From contig JAEZHX010000103.1 in assembly GCA_023436765.1 (NCBI GenBank), forward strand, positions 1 through 40,237: 40,237 nucleotides of DNA. Reading direction: 5' to 3'. Source of the DNA: Bacillota bacterium (GTDB lineage: Bacteria > Bacillota > Clostridia > Lachnospirales > Lachnospiraceae). The notes beneath the pieces were generated by a model, which was given only the letters and a program-made list of their open reading frames with translations, was not told where the DNA came from and ran no database searches. The position numbers and the translations under genes are program-made. Shown piece after piece: positions 8,920 to 18,865 of this stretch (position 1 is its first letter; the number at the start of each line of letters is the position of its first letter).

Positions 8920-9678
8920 TTAACCGAATCTGCCTGTGATATAATCTTCGGTGCGTTTATCCGCAGGTCTGGTGAATAACGTATCCGTAGGTGCAAACTC
9001 TACCACTTCCCCCACCAGGAAAAACGCTGTGTAATCCGAGATCCTGGCAGCCTGCTGCATATTATGGGTAACGATGGCTACCGTATATTTTTCCTTAAGC
9101 TCAGACATCAGATCCTCAATTTTCAAGGTTGAGATCGGGTCCAACGCTGATGTGGGTTCATCCATTAGGAGGACCTGAGGCTCCACAGCCAATGCCCTGG
9201 CAATACAGAGTCTCTGCTGCTGACCACCAGACAGCCCTAAGGCAGATTTTTTCAGACGATCCTTGACTTCATCAAACAGTGCAGCCCCCTTTAGACTTTC
9301 TTCCACGATACCATCCAGGACTGACTTCGCCTTAATCCCATGAATTCTGGGCCCATAAGCAACATTATCATAGATCGACATCGGAAAAGGATTAGGCTGT
9401 TGGAATACCATTCCGATCTTTTTTCTGAGCAGGGTGGTATCCACTCTCGGATCATAGATATCTTCCCCGTCCAGTCTTACCTGACCTTCGATTTTAACAT
9501 TGGGAATCAGATCGTTCATCCGATTCAGCGTCTTTAAAAATGTTGATTTTCCGCAGCCGGAGGGGCCGATAAAGGCTGTTATCGCCTTCTCCTTTATATT
9601 CATATCCACGCCCTTGAGCGCATGGTTAGTTCCATAATATAGATTTAAGTTTTTCGTACTTATCTTATCCTTTAACAT
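8920..9678 (-). CDS. pstB: Phosphate ABC transporter ATP-binding protein
   Basis: [30 protein letters not shown] and YITGRFG; RBS GGAGG before ATG 9678. Confidence 0.97.
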   Translation of the reverse strand: MLKDKISTKNLNLYYGTNHALKGVDMNIKEKAITAFIGPSGCGKSTFLKTLNRMNDLIPNVKIEGQVRLDGEDIYDPRVDTTLLRKKIGMVFQQPNPFPMSIYDNVAYGPRIHGIKAKSVLDGIVEESLKGAALFDEVKDRLKKSALGLSGGQQQRLCIARALAVEPQVLLMDEPTSALDPISTLKIEDLMSELKEKYTVAIVTHNMQQAARISDYTAFFLVGEVVEFAPTDTLFTRPADKRTEDYITGRFG

Positions 9679-9708
9679 TTTAACCTCCATTAGCAGCCTC
9701 GGGAGCAC

Positions 9709-10590
9709 TTATTTATTCACATCAAATCGTCGTGTCAGATATTTTGTCAACAGGTTGATAACGAATACGATTACCAGAAGTACCAGTGCAATGCCGAAGG
9801 CATTGTCATATTTGGCTTTCTCCATACTGAGATACAATTGTATCGTCAGCGTTCCCCCCGGCTCTGTTATTTTCTGAATCAAGCCTTCTCCATACTGGCC
9901 TAGCTTCGGAAGAAGATATCCGCTCCCTGCCGTAAACAGAAGTGCAGCTGATTCTCCGACAATACGACCAATGGATAGAATGACCCCTGTTATTATGCCG
10001 GGCATTGCGGAGGGAAGAAGAATGGTTCGGATCATATACCATTTTGTGGCTCCGATTCCTAATGCTCCGCTACGGTAGCTGACTGGTACCGTCTTTAGGG
10101 CCTCCTGGGTGTTCCTCGTAATAAGAGGCAGTACCATAAGCGACAGGGTCAGGGCACCGGTCAGGATGGAATATCCCAGCTTTAGTGTAAGACCGAAGAA
10201 TACATAGCCAAATAGACCGAAGATAATGGAGGGTATACCGGCTAGTGTTTCAGTCGTAAATTCAATCAGATTTACCAACCGACCCGGTTTCGCATATTCA
10301 TTCAGATAAATCGCCGCACCGATTCCAAAGGGGATGGCCAAAATCAAAGTGATGATAATAATATATAAGGTATTGATAATATTACCTGCAATACCGAAGG
10401 TACCTTTGATCGTACTGGGCGCAGTGGTAAGGAAATGCCAGTTAACCGCAGAGGCTCCACGGTAAGCTACATACCCTACGATACCTGCCAGAAGAATAAT
10501 TGATATCGAAGCACAAAGATATATTATGATATGGGCAAGGACATCCAGGGGCTTAATTTTTTTACCGTAAACACTATTCTCTTGCGGCAT
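9709..10590 (-). CDS. pstA: Phosphate ABC transporter permease PstA
   Basis: AAIYLNEYA, LAGIPSIIFGLFG and RIVGESAAL; multiple TM helices; overlaps the pstC end. Confidence 0.95.
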   Translation of the reverse strand: MPQENSVYGKKIKPLDVLAHIIIYLCASISIILLAGIVGYVAYRGASAVNWHFLTTAPSTIKGTFGIAGNIINTLYIIIITLILAIPFGIGAAIYLNEYAKPGRLVNLIEFTTETLAGIPSIIFGLFGYVFFGLTLKLGYSILTGALTLSLMVLPLITRNTQEALKTVPVSYRSGALGIGATKWYMIRTILLPSAMPGIITGVILSIGRIVGESAALLFTAGSGYLLPKLGQYGEGLIQKITEPGGTLTIQLYLSMEKAKYDNAFGIALVLLVIVFVINLLTKYLTRRFDVNK

Positions 10591-11515
10591 CCTTCCGACC
10601 TCCCTTGATGACTTTATTTAAAACCAGATTAATGAGCATGATAAAGACGAACAGAACCAATCCGATTGTAAACAGTACTCGTTTATGCAGGTCACTCGCA
10701 TAGGACATCTCAGAAACAACCGCTGTGGTCAGAAAACGTACCGAGTTGAAGGGCAGAGGAAGATTTGCCCCATTGCCTGCCACCATACTGATTGCCATCG
10801 CTTCCCCGATTGCCCGGCCTACACCAAGAACGATAGCAGTAACAATGCCGGACTTGGCGGCGGGGATTATTACCCTGAATATGGTCTGGATTCTTGTTGC
10901 TCCAAGAGCAAGAGACGCCTGTTTATAATGCTTTGGAACAGACCTAATCGCCGATTCACTGATATTGATCACTGTAGGCAAAATCATCAATGCCAGAACT
11001 AATATAGCTGAGATCAAATTAGAACCACCCGTGAACTGATGATCCGGGGAATCCTTAAAAACTGCTAATTCTATTCTATACATCATCGGGTTTAAAATCA
11101 GAATACCCAATAAGCCATAGATGACCGAGGGTATTCCTGCCAGTAGCTCTACAGCCGGTTTGACGATTCCGGCCAGTCTTCTGGGTGCAGTCTCTGCCAG
11201 GAACACCGCTGTCATAACTCCGATCGGAACCCCAATTAGAATCGCTCCGAAGGTGCCGACGATGGAAGTCAGAATGACATACAGAATACCAAAGCTGGGA
11301 TTCTCTGCTGTCGGTTTCCATACGGTTCCAAACAGAATCTCCTTTAGTCCAACCTCAAAGATAGCCGGTGTGCCGCTGATTAGCATATAAAGCGTAATGG
11401 AGAATACCGCCAGTACCGCAAAAAACGCAAAGGCTGTGAAGATAATGCCTGCTGCTCTTTCTACTTTATTCTTCGTTCTGAAATTTCCGATGATGGAAAT
11501 ATTCTTATCACTCAT
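10574..11515 (-). CDS. pstC: Phosphate ABC transporter permease PstC
   Basis: ELLAGIPSVIYG and GRAIGEAMA; TM helices. Confidence 0.95.
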   Translation of the reverse strand: MSDKNISIIGNFRTKNKVERAAGIIFTAFAFFAVLAVFSITLYMLISGTPAIFEVGLKEILFGTVWKPTAENPSFGILYVILTSIVGTFGAILIGVPIGVMTAVFLAETAPRRLAGIVKPAVELLAGIPSVIYGLLGILILNPMMYRIELAVFKDSPDHQFTGGSNLISAILVLALMILPTVINISESAIRSVPKHYKQASLALGATRIQTIFRVIIPAAKSGIVTAIVLGVGRAIGEAMAISMVAGNGANLPLPFNSVRFLTTAVVSEMSYASDLHKRVLFTIGLVLFVFIMLINLVLNKVIKGGRKDAARE

Positions 11516-11541
11516 ATTCTCTCCTTTTTAATGCTTTTCGA

Positions 11542-12402
11542 TCAGTCTATCGTAATCAGGCCAACACTGCGGATCAATTGTTTCCCTTCCTCTGATTCCA
11601 AATATTCAAAGAAAGCCTGAACTGCTTCACTTTGCTGCGAAATCTCACCCTTGGTTGCCATAATGAAGGGTCTGCTTAGCAGATATTTATTCGCTTTGAT
11701 GTTCTCTTCCGTGGGTGCCACCTGATCAATTGCTAAAGCCTGAACCGTATCATCCAATATATCAATAGAAATATACCCGATTGCTCCTGGGGTTGATGCC
11801 ACCTTAGCCATAACACCACCCGTACTGTTAATTTCATTGGAATAGCTGCATTTATCCTCTATAGACAGGATTTCCTCAAAAGCACCCCTGGTACCGGATC
11901 CTGCTTCTCTTCCAATCACAACAATTGGCTGGTTTGCACCGCCCACTTCGTTCCAATTCCTAATCGTTCCGGTGAAGATACCGGTTAACTGATCAAACGA
12001 TAATCCCGATACTGCGTTTCCTTTATCCACAATAACAGCAATACCGTCAATCGCCACGATATTTGCTACTGCTCCTGAATTAGTCTCACTGTCCTTTAGG
12101 TTTCTGGAAGCATTACCGATTTCTACGGTTCCCTCGATTACTGCCGCTACACCGGCACTGGAGCCGATGAATTCCGGTGAGATGCTGACATTCGGATATT
12201 TATCCCTAAAAGCTTCCGCAGCTGCATTTGCTAGCTTCTCCATTGAGGTCGATCCGGCCATGGTGATGGAGCCGCTTAATTTATTTGAACTTCCGTTCCC
12301 AGTATCAGCGCCCTGGTCTGCACTCTTTTTATTACCGCAAGCACTCAGGATTCCTGCGATCATTAATGCTATCATTATCATTACTCTTTTTTTCATCTTC
12401 AT
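11542..12402 (-). CDS. pstS: Phosphate ABC transporter substrate-binding lipoprotein
   Basis: Lipobox LSAC; AGSTSM, GREAGSGTRGAF and GAIGYIS motifs. Confidence 0.94.
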   Translation of the reverse strand: MKMKKRVMIMIALMIAGILSACGNKKSADQGADTGNGSSNKLSGSITMAGSTSMEKLANAAAEAFRDKYPNVSISPEFIGSSAGVAAVIEGTVEIGNASRNLKDSETNSGAVANIVAIDGIAVIVDKGNAVSGLSFDQLTGIFTGTIRNWNEVGGANQPIVVIGREAGSGTRGAFEEILSIEDKCSYSNEINSTGGVMAKVASTPGAIGYISIDILDDTVQALAIDQVAPTEENIKANKYLLSRPFIMATKGEISQQSEAVQAFFEYLESEEGKQLIRSVGLITID

Positions 12403-12441
12403 CTCTCCTTCTATTCTCTTTTACTCTCTTTTTTCACACTT

Positions 12442-12507
12442 ATCTTAACATCAAGAAAATGTATCAGATATCATAGTAATGTATCTTCTATGTAAAATTC
12501 ATGTAAA
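12442..12507 (-). promoter_or_regulatory. Pho-box array and extended -10 of the pst operon promoter
   Basis: Minus strand TTTACAT(12501-12507), TTTACAT(12490-12496) and GATACAT(12479-12485) at 11-bp spacing, another GATACAT at 12459-12465, then TGtTAAGAT (-10 at 12442-12447); matches the TT(A/T/C)ACA 11-bp-periodic PhoP boxes of Bacillus. Confidence 0.72.
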
Positions 12508-12599
12508 GTGGAACATAATCTATGGTTATTATCTTATCATTTTGTCATTCTATTCTTTTCCTCTGCCTGGATGAATTCTGCGGGACAATTGAGGACATC

Positions 12600-12656
12600 A
12601 AAAAAAGCTTTTCCGACGAGCCTCGGTGAAACCGATCCCTTCAAGAAAAGCTTTTC
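12600..12656 (-). terminator. Hairpin/terminator downstream of tRNA-Arg
   Basis: AAAAGCTTTTC...GAAAAGCTTTT inverted repeat with an inner TCGGT-GAA-ACCGA hairpin; U-run on the minus strand. Confidence 0.55.
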
Positions 12657-12676
12657 TTCTTCTTTTTCATATTCAA

Positions 12677-12750
12677 CGTGCCTGGCGGGATTTGAACCCA
12701 CGACCTTCCGCTTAGGAGGCGGACGCTCTATCCTGCTGAGCTACAAGCAC
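12677..12750 (-). tRNA. tRNA-Arg(CCT); CCA not encoded
   Basis: Minus strand GTGCTTGTAGCTCAGCAGGATAGAGCGTCCGCCTCCTAAGCGGAAGGTCGTGGGTTCAAATCCCGCCAGGCACG; acceptor stem GTGCTTG/CAGGCAC, anticodon arm TCCGC-CTCCTAA-GCGGA, GTTCAAAT T-loop. Confidence 0.97.
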
Positions 12751-12763
12751 AGACAACGTATTT

Positions 12764-12792
12764 ATTCTACTATTTCCTTCTTCTTAAGTCAA
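12764..12792 (-). promoter_or_regulatory. Sigma-A promoter of tRNA-Arg
   Basis: TTGACT(12787-12792)-17 bp-TAGAAT(12764-12769) on the minus strand, just upstream of the tRNA. Confidence 0.8.
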
Positions 12793-12862
12793 TATCCTAT
12801 CGGAAGGAATTTCTTATCCGTTGCGCTACAGCTAATCCAGACCAAATATCACTTCCCCTTAT

Positions 12863-13759
12863 CTACTGGTTCCCGGACTGTCCTGAAAATGCGATATTTC
12901 CCTGCATCCATATATTTCCCTTGAACCTGCGGCCAACTGCAGGTTCCCCCAGCATATCCTTCTTATTAATACAGAGGCGGAAGCTGATATCATTGCAGCT
13001 AAGCAAAAGATCATAAATTTCTTCCTTGGTATAGGTGTTCTCGATCAAATTGCTTTCCTGTATCGTGGCAATGATGCTGTAATTATCAGATTCAGACCCA
13101 AACGGAATGAAACTGGTATCTACGATTGAATAGATATCCTCCTTCTTTGCTCTTCTGGAAACCATGGCATAGGTATCTATATCATCAATGGTCAGGCTGT
13201 CAATTGCATCCTGATTACCTTTCTTGGCCTCCGCAATCAGATTGTTGCGGTATTTGGTCTCTGCTGAAATATTTCGTACCTGAACCTCATCCTTCTCTAT
13301 CGGAAGCAGGGTCCTTCCCTCCAGTGATAAGGCGGCAAGAGAAATTGGAAAGTTCGTGTTCATGGGCATATTCTGGGTCTTCTTCTCCAGATATTCTGCA
13401 ACATTCTGCAGGTAAAAGATCAGTGATACTCCCAGCCTAAAGTCATCACACATGCCGGTATAGGCCTCGGTATCAACTCTTTTATTAATGCCAACCTCTT
13501 CATTGGTGCTTACAATCTGGCCGGATAGATAAGGAAAATAATGTTCCATATGGAATACTCCGCTTCTGTCATATTCCCCACGGAGTGTTATCCCGAACCC
13601 CTCGCCAAATACTCTCGATATCTCGGTTAATTCTATATTATTTCCTGTCTGTACGGACTTGATCTCTGTTGCCTCGTCCTTTACCAGGTCCAATAACTGG
13701 TTTAAATCCATTCTGTTGTGAATGTCGCTGAAGCCGATGGCTCTCAAATAGCTATGCAT
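12863..13759 (-). CDS. Conserved hypothetical protein, probably DUF3881 family
   Basis: N-terminus MHSYLRAIGFS and C-terminal GEPAVGRRFKGNIWMQG recalled as typical of this clostridial family; RBS AGGTG before ATG 13759. Confidence 0.72.
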   Translation of the reverse strand: MHSYLRAIGFSDIHNRMDLNQLLDLVKDEATEIKSVQTGNNIELTEISRVFGEGFGITLRGEYDRSGVFHMEHYFPYLSGQIVSTNEEVGINKRVDTEAYTGMCDDFRLGVSLIFYLQNVAEYLEKKTQNMPMNTNFPISLAALSLEGRTLLPIEKDEVQVRNISAETKYRNNLIAEAKKGNQDAIDSLTIDDIDTYAMVSRRAKKEDIYSIVDTSFIPFGSESDNYSIIATIQESNLIENTYTKEEIYDLLLSCNDISFRLCINKKDMLGEPAVGRRFKGNIWMQGNIAFSGQSGNQ

Positions 13760-13995
13760 TTCTTTCACCTGCCAATCTATTCCTTACTACATTATAATCA
13801 TACAATATATTTACGTTCTTTCTATACATCCGATCTGTTCCATATCTTAAAGTATTGCCTGGTTTTTAATTGTTTTAATAATATTCTACGCGATTCCATG
13901 CCTAATCATGTGATAATATATATATCATATTCCAGATGAAAGCGCAAGACCTCAAACATTGGAACCGTGCTGATATCCACCTCATATCATTAAAA

Positions 13996-14036
13996 CAAGG
14001 AGGTTATCCACATATTCAGGATGGATATCCTCCCTG
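13996..14036. terminator. Hairpin downstream of the HD-GYP gene, possible terminator
   Basis: GGAGG-TTATCCA...TGGATA-TCCTCC inverted repeat. Confidence 0.5.
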
Positions 14037-14067
14037 TGTATTATATTACTGGAAATACATATTAATC

Positions 14068-15132
14068 TCAGTCTATTATGGTATCCGTGATAAACAAGGT
14101 GAGTTCTTTTGTAAGGTCCTTCTCTAGCCATTCACTCGGCTGTACTCCCTCTTTGTTTTTAATGATGCGTATTACCGGCCTGGTCGGGCATTTCGTGTTT
14201 TGTCTTAAAACAATCCCTATCTCATCCTGGTTGGTGATGACCAGTGCACCCGTTGGGTATGCAGCAACAGAAGCAACAAAGGCTTTTACTACATTAAAAT
14301 CGAATTTTACGCCAGCCTGACTGACAATATAATCAATCGCATCATGTACCTTCATCTTTGTGGTCAGATTACCGTATACCCTGCTATCAAATTCATCACA
14401 TACAGCTGCTATCTTACTTCCTATTTTAATCTTGTCGGCTTTCAGGCGGAACGGGTAACCTGATCCATCCAATCTCTCATGATGGCTGATAATGATGTCC
14501 TTTGAAATTGCAGATAACCAATCCACTTTCTCCACCGCTGAATAGCCATAAATAATATGCTTCTTGATTTCCTTCAGCTCTTTCTCAGAACAGTCCTCCG
14601 CCCTAAGATTACTAAAATCCATACTGATATAAGTAAAACCGATATCATGCAGAAGGCAGCCTATCGCAATATCCTTCACCTTTGTCTTCGGCTGCTTCAA
14701 TTTCAGTGCCAATATTACGGACAACGCGCAAACATTCAAGGAATGGGAATAGGTGCTTTCGTTTTTATTCCTGATACTGGACAGGTTATACATAACCTCA
14801 GGTTCATTCATGATATCAGAAATGATTTCATCGGCTATAGTTCGGATCTCATCCAGTTCCTGATCATTATGAAAGGAATACTTCAGCAGGATATTGCGGA
14901 CAGCTTCCTGACATTGCTCCTTAATTTGTAATTCAAGGCTTTCCGTCAGATTTACTCCCTGTGCGAGTTCATCATCTACATAAATAAACTCTATATCCAA
15001 ATCCCTCAATCGTTTCACATATTCTCTTTTTACTACAGTTCCTGCCGCCATTAATATGGAATTATTATTGTTTAGGATATCCTTGGCCAATAACTCATTC
15101 CCTTTAACTGAATCAATAGAGATAACCCTCAT
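14068..15132 (-). CDS. HD-GYP domain protein (c-di-GMP phosphodiesterase family)
   Basis: TYSHSLNV, LLHDIG, HHERLDGSGYP and AVCDEFD motifs; soluble, no TM segment. Confidence 0.9.
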   Translation of the reverse strand: MRVISIDSVKGNELLAKDILNNNNSILMAAGTVVKREYVKRLRDLDIEFIYVDDELAQGVNLTESLELQIKEQCQEAVRNILLKYSFHNDQELDEIRTIADEIISDIMNEPEVMYNLSSIRNKNESTYSHSLNVCALSVILALKLKQPKTKVKDIAIGCLLHDIGFTYISMDFSNLRAEDCSEKELKEIKKHIIYGYSAVEKVDWLSAISKDIIISHHERLDGSGYPFRLKADKIKIGSKIAAVCDEFDSRVYGNLTTKMKVHDAIDYIVSQAGVKFDFNVVKAFVASVAAYPTGALVITNQDEIGIVLRQNTKCPTRPVIRIIKNKEGVQPSEWLEKDLTKELTLFITDTIID

Positions 15133-15401
15133 TATTAACCCTTTCTTCCTTACGGGATGTTCTTCTTCGTTCGCATATTATAATGCTTTATTTATTCCAT
15201 CATAAAATATAACATATTCATAATCTATAGTCATTATTATAATCCACTTTTTCGAGTATATTTTCAATCATACAATAGTTCTATGCATTAGAACAGAGCA
15301 AATTCATTATAATATATATTATGTTAAAAATTGATTCCTCTGCTATGGAAACTCTTTTGTATATTTGTTACAAAGAAACAGAAATTTTATAAAAATATTT
15401 A

Positions 15402-15419
15402 TTGTTATTTATTTAACAA
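15402..15419. promoter_or_regulatory. Rex (NADH/NAD+ sensor) operator 1 upstream of adhE
   Basis: TTGTTATTTATTTAACAA matches the clostridial Rex consensus TTGTTAANNNNTTAACAA with 1 mismatch. Confidence 0.82.
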
Positions 15420-15425
15420 TATCCT

Positions 15426-15454
15426 TTGACAAACAAAAGGATTAATGATATATT
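15426..15454 (+). promoter_or_regulatory. Sigma-A promoter of adhE
   Basis: TTGACA(15426-15431)-17 bp-TATATT(15449-15454), with TG at 15446-15447 (extended -10). Confidence 0.75.
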
Positions 15455-15468
15455 TATTTCAGAAGCAT

Positions 15469-15486
15469 TTGTTAATTATTTAACAA
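15469..15486. promoter_or_regulatory. Rex operator 2, between the adhE promoter and RBS
   Basis: TTGTTAATTATTTAACAA, exact fit to TTGTTAANNNNTTAACAA. Confidence 0.88.
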
Positions 15487-15505
15487 GCAATCAAGGAGGA
15501 TGTTT

Positions 15506-18124
15506 ATGAAAACAATAAATCAACCTACACCCAAGGAACATGTAGATCAATTAGTTAAAAATGCTCAGGTTGCCCTCGATGAATTTTTGCTGATGGATCA
15601 GGAGTCAATAGATAGAATTGTCCATGAGATGGCATTGGCCGGTCTTGCGAAGCAACAGCAATTGGCTAAAATGGCTATAGAGGAAACAGGAAGAGGAATT
15701 TACGAGGATAAGATTACTAAGAATATCTTCGCCACGGAATTCGTATGGCACTCCATTAAGTATCAGAAGACTGTCGGTATCATTGAAGATAATGAAGAAG
15801 AGGATTATATGATCGTAGCAGAACCGGTAGGAGTAGTAGCCGGAGTTACCCCTGTTACGAATCCCCCCTCTACTACCATGTTCAAGTGCCTTACCTGTAT
15901 TAAAACCAGAAACCCGATTATATTCGGCTTCCATCCCAGTGCCCAGAAATGCTCCGCTGAAGCAGCAAGAACCTTATATGAAGCGGCCAGGAATGCCGGA
16001 GCTCCGGAAAATTGTATTCAATGGATTGAATTTCCTTCCATCGATGCAACCAGAGAGCTTATGAATCATCCGAACGTATCAATGATCCTGGCTACCGGTG
16101 GTTCCGGTATGGTTAAGCAGGCCTATTCCGCAGGAAAGCCTGCCCTCGGTGTTGGACCCGGTAACGTACCGTGTTTTATTGAAAAGACCGCGAACTTAAA
16201 GCGTGCCGTAAACGATCTAGTACTTTCCAAATCCTTTGACAATGGTATGATCTGTGCTTCTGAACAGGCTGCTGTCATTGAAGCTCCAGTATATACCGAG
16301 GTTGTTAACCTAATGAAGAAGGCTGGTTGCTACTTTACCACTAAGGAAGAGAGCAAGCTATTGGAAACCGTCGTCATTAATAAAGATACCGGTAATGTAA
16401 ATGCTGCCATAGTCGGCCAGTCACCTGCTTATATCGCTTCTCTTGCAGGAATTAAAATTCCGGAAGAGACAAAAATTATTTGTACTGAGATTAGCGGTGT
16501 TGGTGAAGGCCATCCCTTATCTAAGGAGAAGTTATCCCCGGTGCTTGCCATTCTGAAGGCTGCTGATGTGGAGGCGGGCTTTAACCTCTGTGAAAAGATG
16601 ATTGATTTGGGCGGTCTTGGCCACTCCAGCGTTATCCACTCCACAGATAATAAAGTAATCAATGCCTTCTCTGCAAAAATGAGGACCGGTCGTATCATTG
16701 TTAATTCCCCCTCTACCCATGGTGCAATCGGAGACCTCTATAATACGAATATGCCATCCTTGACACTGGGCTGCGGCTCCTATGGCGGTAATTCCACTAC
16801 CCATAATGTATCTGCTGTCGATCTTGTCAATTATAAGCGCGTAGCAAAGAGGAGAGTAAATATGCAATGGTTCAAGGTTCCCAGCAAAATCTATTTTGAA
16901 GCAGGCTCTACGTCATATCTGGCTAAGATGCCGGGAATCACCAAGGCCTTCATTGTTACCGATCCTTCTATGACAGAGCTTGGATATGTAAGTAAGGTAT
17001 TATATCAGCTAAGAAAACGTCCTGATTATGTACACTGCGAAATATTTGACCAGGTTGAGCCGGATCCAAGCTTGGATACCATATTAAAGGGTGTTGATGA
17101 AATGAATAAGTTCAAGCCCGATGTCATCATTGCTCTCGGTGGTGGCTCTGCGATAGATGCTGCCAAGGGAATGTGGCTATTCTACGAGCACCCGGAAGCA
17201 GACTTTAAGAACATGTCCTTAAAGTTCCTGGATATCAGAAAAAGAACCTATAAATTTCCTTCCCTTGGCAAGAAGGCTCAGTTCGTAGCGATCCCTACTA
17301 CCTCCGGAACGGGCTCAGAGGTAACTTCCTTTGCCGTCATTTCCGACAAAAAAGAGAATAAGAAATATCCACTGGCTGATTACGAGCTGACTCCTGATGT
17401 GGCAATAATTGATCCGGATTTTGTTATGAGTGTTCCTAAGAAATCCACAGCATGGACCGGAATGGACGTGTTAACTCACGCAATCGAAGCATATGTCTCC
17501 ATCCTTGCTTCCGATTATACCGATGCTCTTGCTATTCACGCAATCGATATGGTATTCCGGTATCTGAAGGACTCCTATGACAAAGGTGCTGCAGATCCTA
17601 TCGCCAGAGAGAAGATGCATAATGCTTCTACCTTAGCAGGTATGGCATTTACAAACGCCTTTCTGGGAATTAACCACTCCTTGGCTCATAAGCTGGGTGG
17701 CGAGTACCACATTCCCCATGGCTGTGCCAATGCAATCCTGCTACCACATGTCATCCGTTATAACGGTGTGGAATGCCCGACTAAGTTTACCTCTTGGCCA
17801 AAATACGAAAGTTACATTGTAAGTGATAAAATTTATGAGCTGATGCTTCGACTTGGTAAGAATCCGAAAAACAAAGCAGATGCAGTAGAAATGCTTGCCA
17901 GAGATGTAGAGGAGCTGAATAAGCACCTTGGTATTCCCGCTACCTTAAAAGAGTATGGTATCGATGAGAAATCCTTCCTCACTAAGCTTCCCGAGCTAGC
18001 CGACTTAGCCTTTGGTGACCAGTGTACCACAGCAAACCCTAGGTTGCCTCTGGTTAGTGAATTGGAAGAGCTGTACATGATCGCTTACTATGGTAAGGAC
18101 ATGGTACCCGTAAAAACAAAGTAA
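15506..18124 (+). CDS. adhE: Bifunctional acetaldehyde-CoA/alcohol dehydrogenase
   Basis: ALDH domain (ATGGSGMV, GVGPGN, FDNGMICASEQ, TLGCGSYGGN), linker KRRVNMQWFK and Fe-ADH domain (GGGSAIDAAK, PTTSGTGSE, HSLAHKLG, HGCANA); RBS AGGAGG 6 nt before ATG 15506. Confidence 0.97.
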   Translation: MKTINQPTPKEHVDQLVKNAQVALDEFLLMDQESIDRIVHEMALAGLAKQQQLAKMAIEETGRGIYEDKITKNIFATEFVWHSIKYQKTVGIIEDNEEEDYMIVAEPVGVVAGVTPVTNPPSTTMFKCLTCIKTRNPIIFGFHPSAQKCSAEAARTLYEAARNAGAPENCIQWIEFPSIDATRELMNHPNVSMILATGGSGMVKQAYSAGKPALGVGPGNVPCFIEKTANLKRAVNDLVLSKSFDNGMICASEQAAVIEAPVYTEVVNLMKKAGCYFTTKEESKLLETVVINKDTGNVNAAIVGQSPAYIASLAGIKIPEETKIICTEISGVGEGHPLSKEKLSPVLAILKAADVEAGFNLCEKMIDLGGLGHSSVIHSTDNKVINAFSAKMRTGRIIVNSPSTHGAIGDLYNTNMPSLTLGCGSYGGNSTTHNVSAVDLVNYKRVAKRRVNMQWFKVPSKIYFEAGSTSYLAKMPGITKAFIVTDPSMTELGYVSKVLYQLRKRPDYVHCEIFDQVEPDPSLDTILKGVDEMNKFKPDVIIALGGGSAIDAAKGMWLFYEHPEADFKNMSLKFLDIRKRTYKFPSLGKKAQFVAIPTTSGTGSEVTSFAVISDKKENKKYPLADYELTPDVAIIDPDFVMSVPKKSTAWTGMDVLTHAIEAYVSILASDYTDALAIHAIDMVFRYLKDSYDKGAADPIAREKMHNASTLAGMAFTNAFLGINHSLAHKLGGEYHIPHGCANAILLPHVIRYNGVECPTKFTSWPKYESYIVSDKIYELMLRLGKNPKNKADAVEMLARDVEELNKHLGIPATLKEYGIDEKSFLTKLPELADLAFGDQCTTANPRLPLVSELEELYMIAYYGKDMVPVKTK

Positions 18125-18179
18125 TAATAGTTAAGGATCATCATTCACCTTCTAACTATATCATAATACAATATAAAAC

Positions 18180-18210
18180 AGGCTGGACATATGTCCAGCC
18201 TCTTCCTTTA
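18180..18210 (+). terminator. Terminator-like palindrome after adhE
   Basis: Perfect 22-bp palindrome AGGCTGGACATATGTCCAGCCT (18180-18201) followed by CTTCCTTT. Confidence 0.65.
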
Positions 18211-18293
18211 ACATTATTTCTCTGTAAAAGTCATTCCATTTTATTTAAGGTGATCCGCATTGCAGCGATTGCATTCTTAATATCTATATCTGT

Positions 18294-18806
18294 CTATTCC
18301 ATATACTTACCACTGTTTAGAGCCTGATTTAGGGCAGTCCTCTCATCCTCTGAGAGTTCAAGGAAGGATTCCCCTTTGATAATTTCCTTCAGGTATGTGT
18401 AACAGCCTTCCCGGCTGCTGTGGACAGAGTTAAGTAGGATTCCGTTATTATTCTTATCAAGAAGAGCTAGAACAAAGCTCAGCTTCCCACCCATTTCTTT
18501 AAACGCATCGTATTTAACAACTCCTACCTTCTGATATGTAATCAGGAGATTGTCTTTGATGTTATTCAGTTCCTCATGAATTAGTTTTGAATCTGATTTC
18601 AGAGTGTCAATGTCTGCAAATCGTGCAAGTATTTTTGATTCAAGATTTATTCCGTCCGAACCGGTCATAAACTTCTTGTATTTCACCTTCATCTTATGAA
18701 GCTTTGCCATACTGATAATTAATAAAACGAGCAGAAGCAGGCTGAATGCTGTAAATCCTGCAAAAAATAAGTCAATGTTATTATTTATGATTTCCTTGAG
18801 ATTCAT
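18294..18806 (-). CDS. Membrane-anchored conserved protein, probably DUF4446 family
   Basis: N-terminal TM helix; KVGVVKYDAF..MGGKLSF and SREGCYTYLKEI..GES..LS.DE motifs; usual position downstream of parB in Clostridia. Confidence 0.8.
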   Translation of the reverse strand: MNLKEIINNNIDLFFAGFTAFSLLLLVLLIISMAKLHKMKVKYKKFMTGSDGINLESKILARFADIDTLKSDSKLIHEELNNIKDNLLITYQKVGVVKYDAFKEMGGKLSFVLALLDKNNNGILLNSVHSSREGCYTYLKEIIKGESFLELSEDERTALNQALNSGKYME

Positions 18807-18865
18807 CTCTACGTTCCTCCATAAACGAGCTTAAGTATTTACATATATTGGCATTTTGTGTGTTT

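Noticed and set aside
12677..12750. tRNA as integration site of a genomic island carrying the pst operon
   Set aside because: No integrase in the window and I saw no duplicated tRNA 3' end downstream
12508..12924. 138-aa plus-strand ORF
   Set aside because: Antisense across tRNA-Arg (reads CLAGFEPTTFRLGG, a typical tRNA shadow translation); no RBS
13718..14127. Two short plus-strand ORFs (73 and 63 aa) between DUF3881 and HD-GYP
   Set aside because: No RBS, overlap neighbouring gene ends and a hairpin, no motif
15365..15382. Third Rex-like site TTGTTACAAAGAAACAGA
   Set aside because: Right arm is degenerate and spacing is off by one
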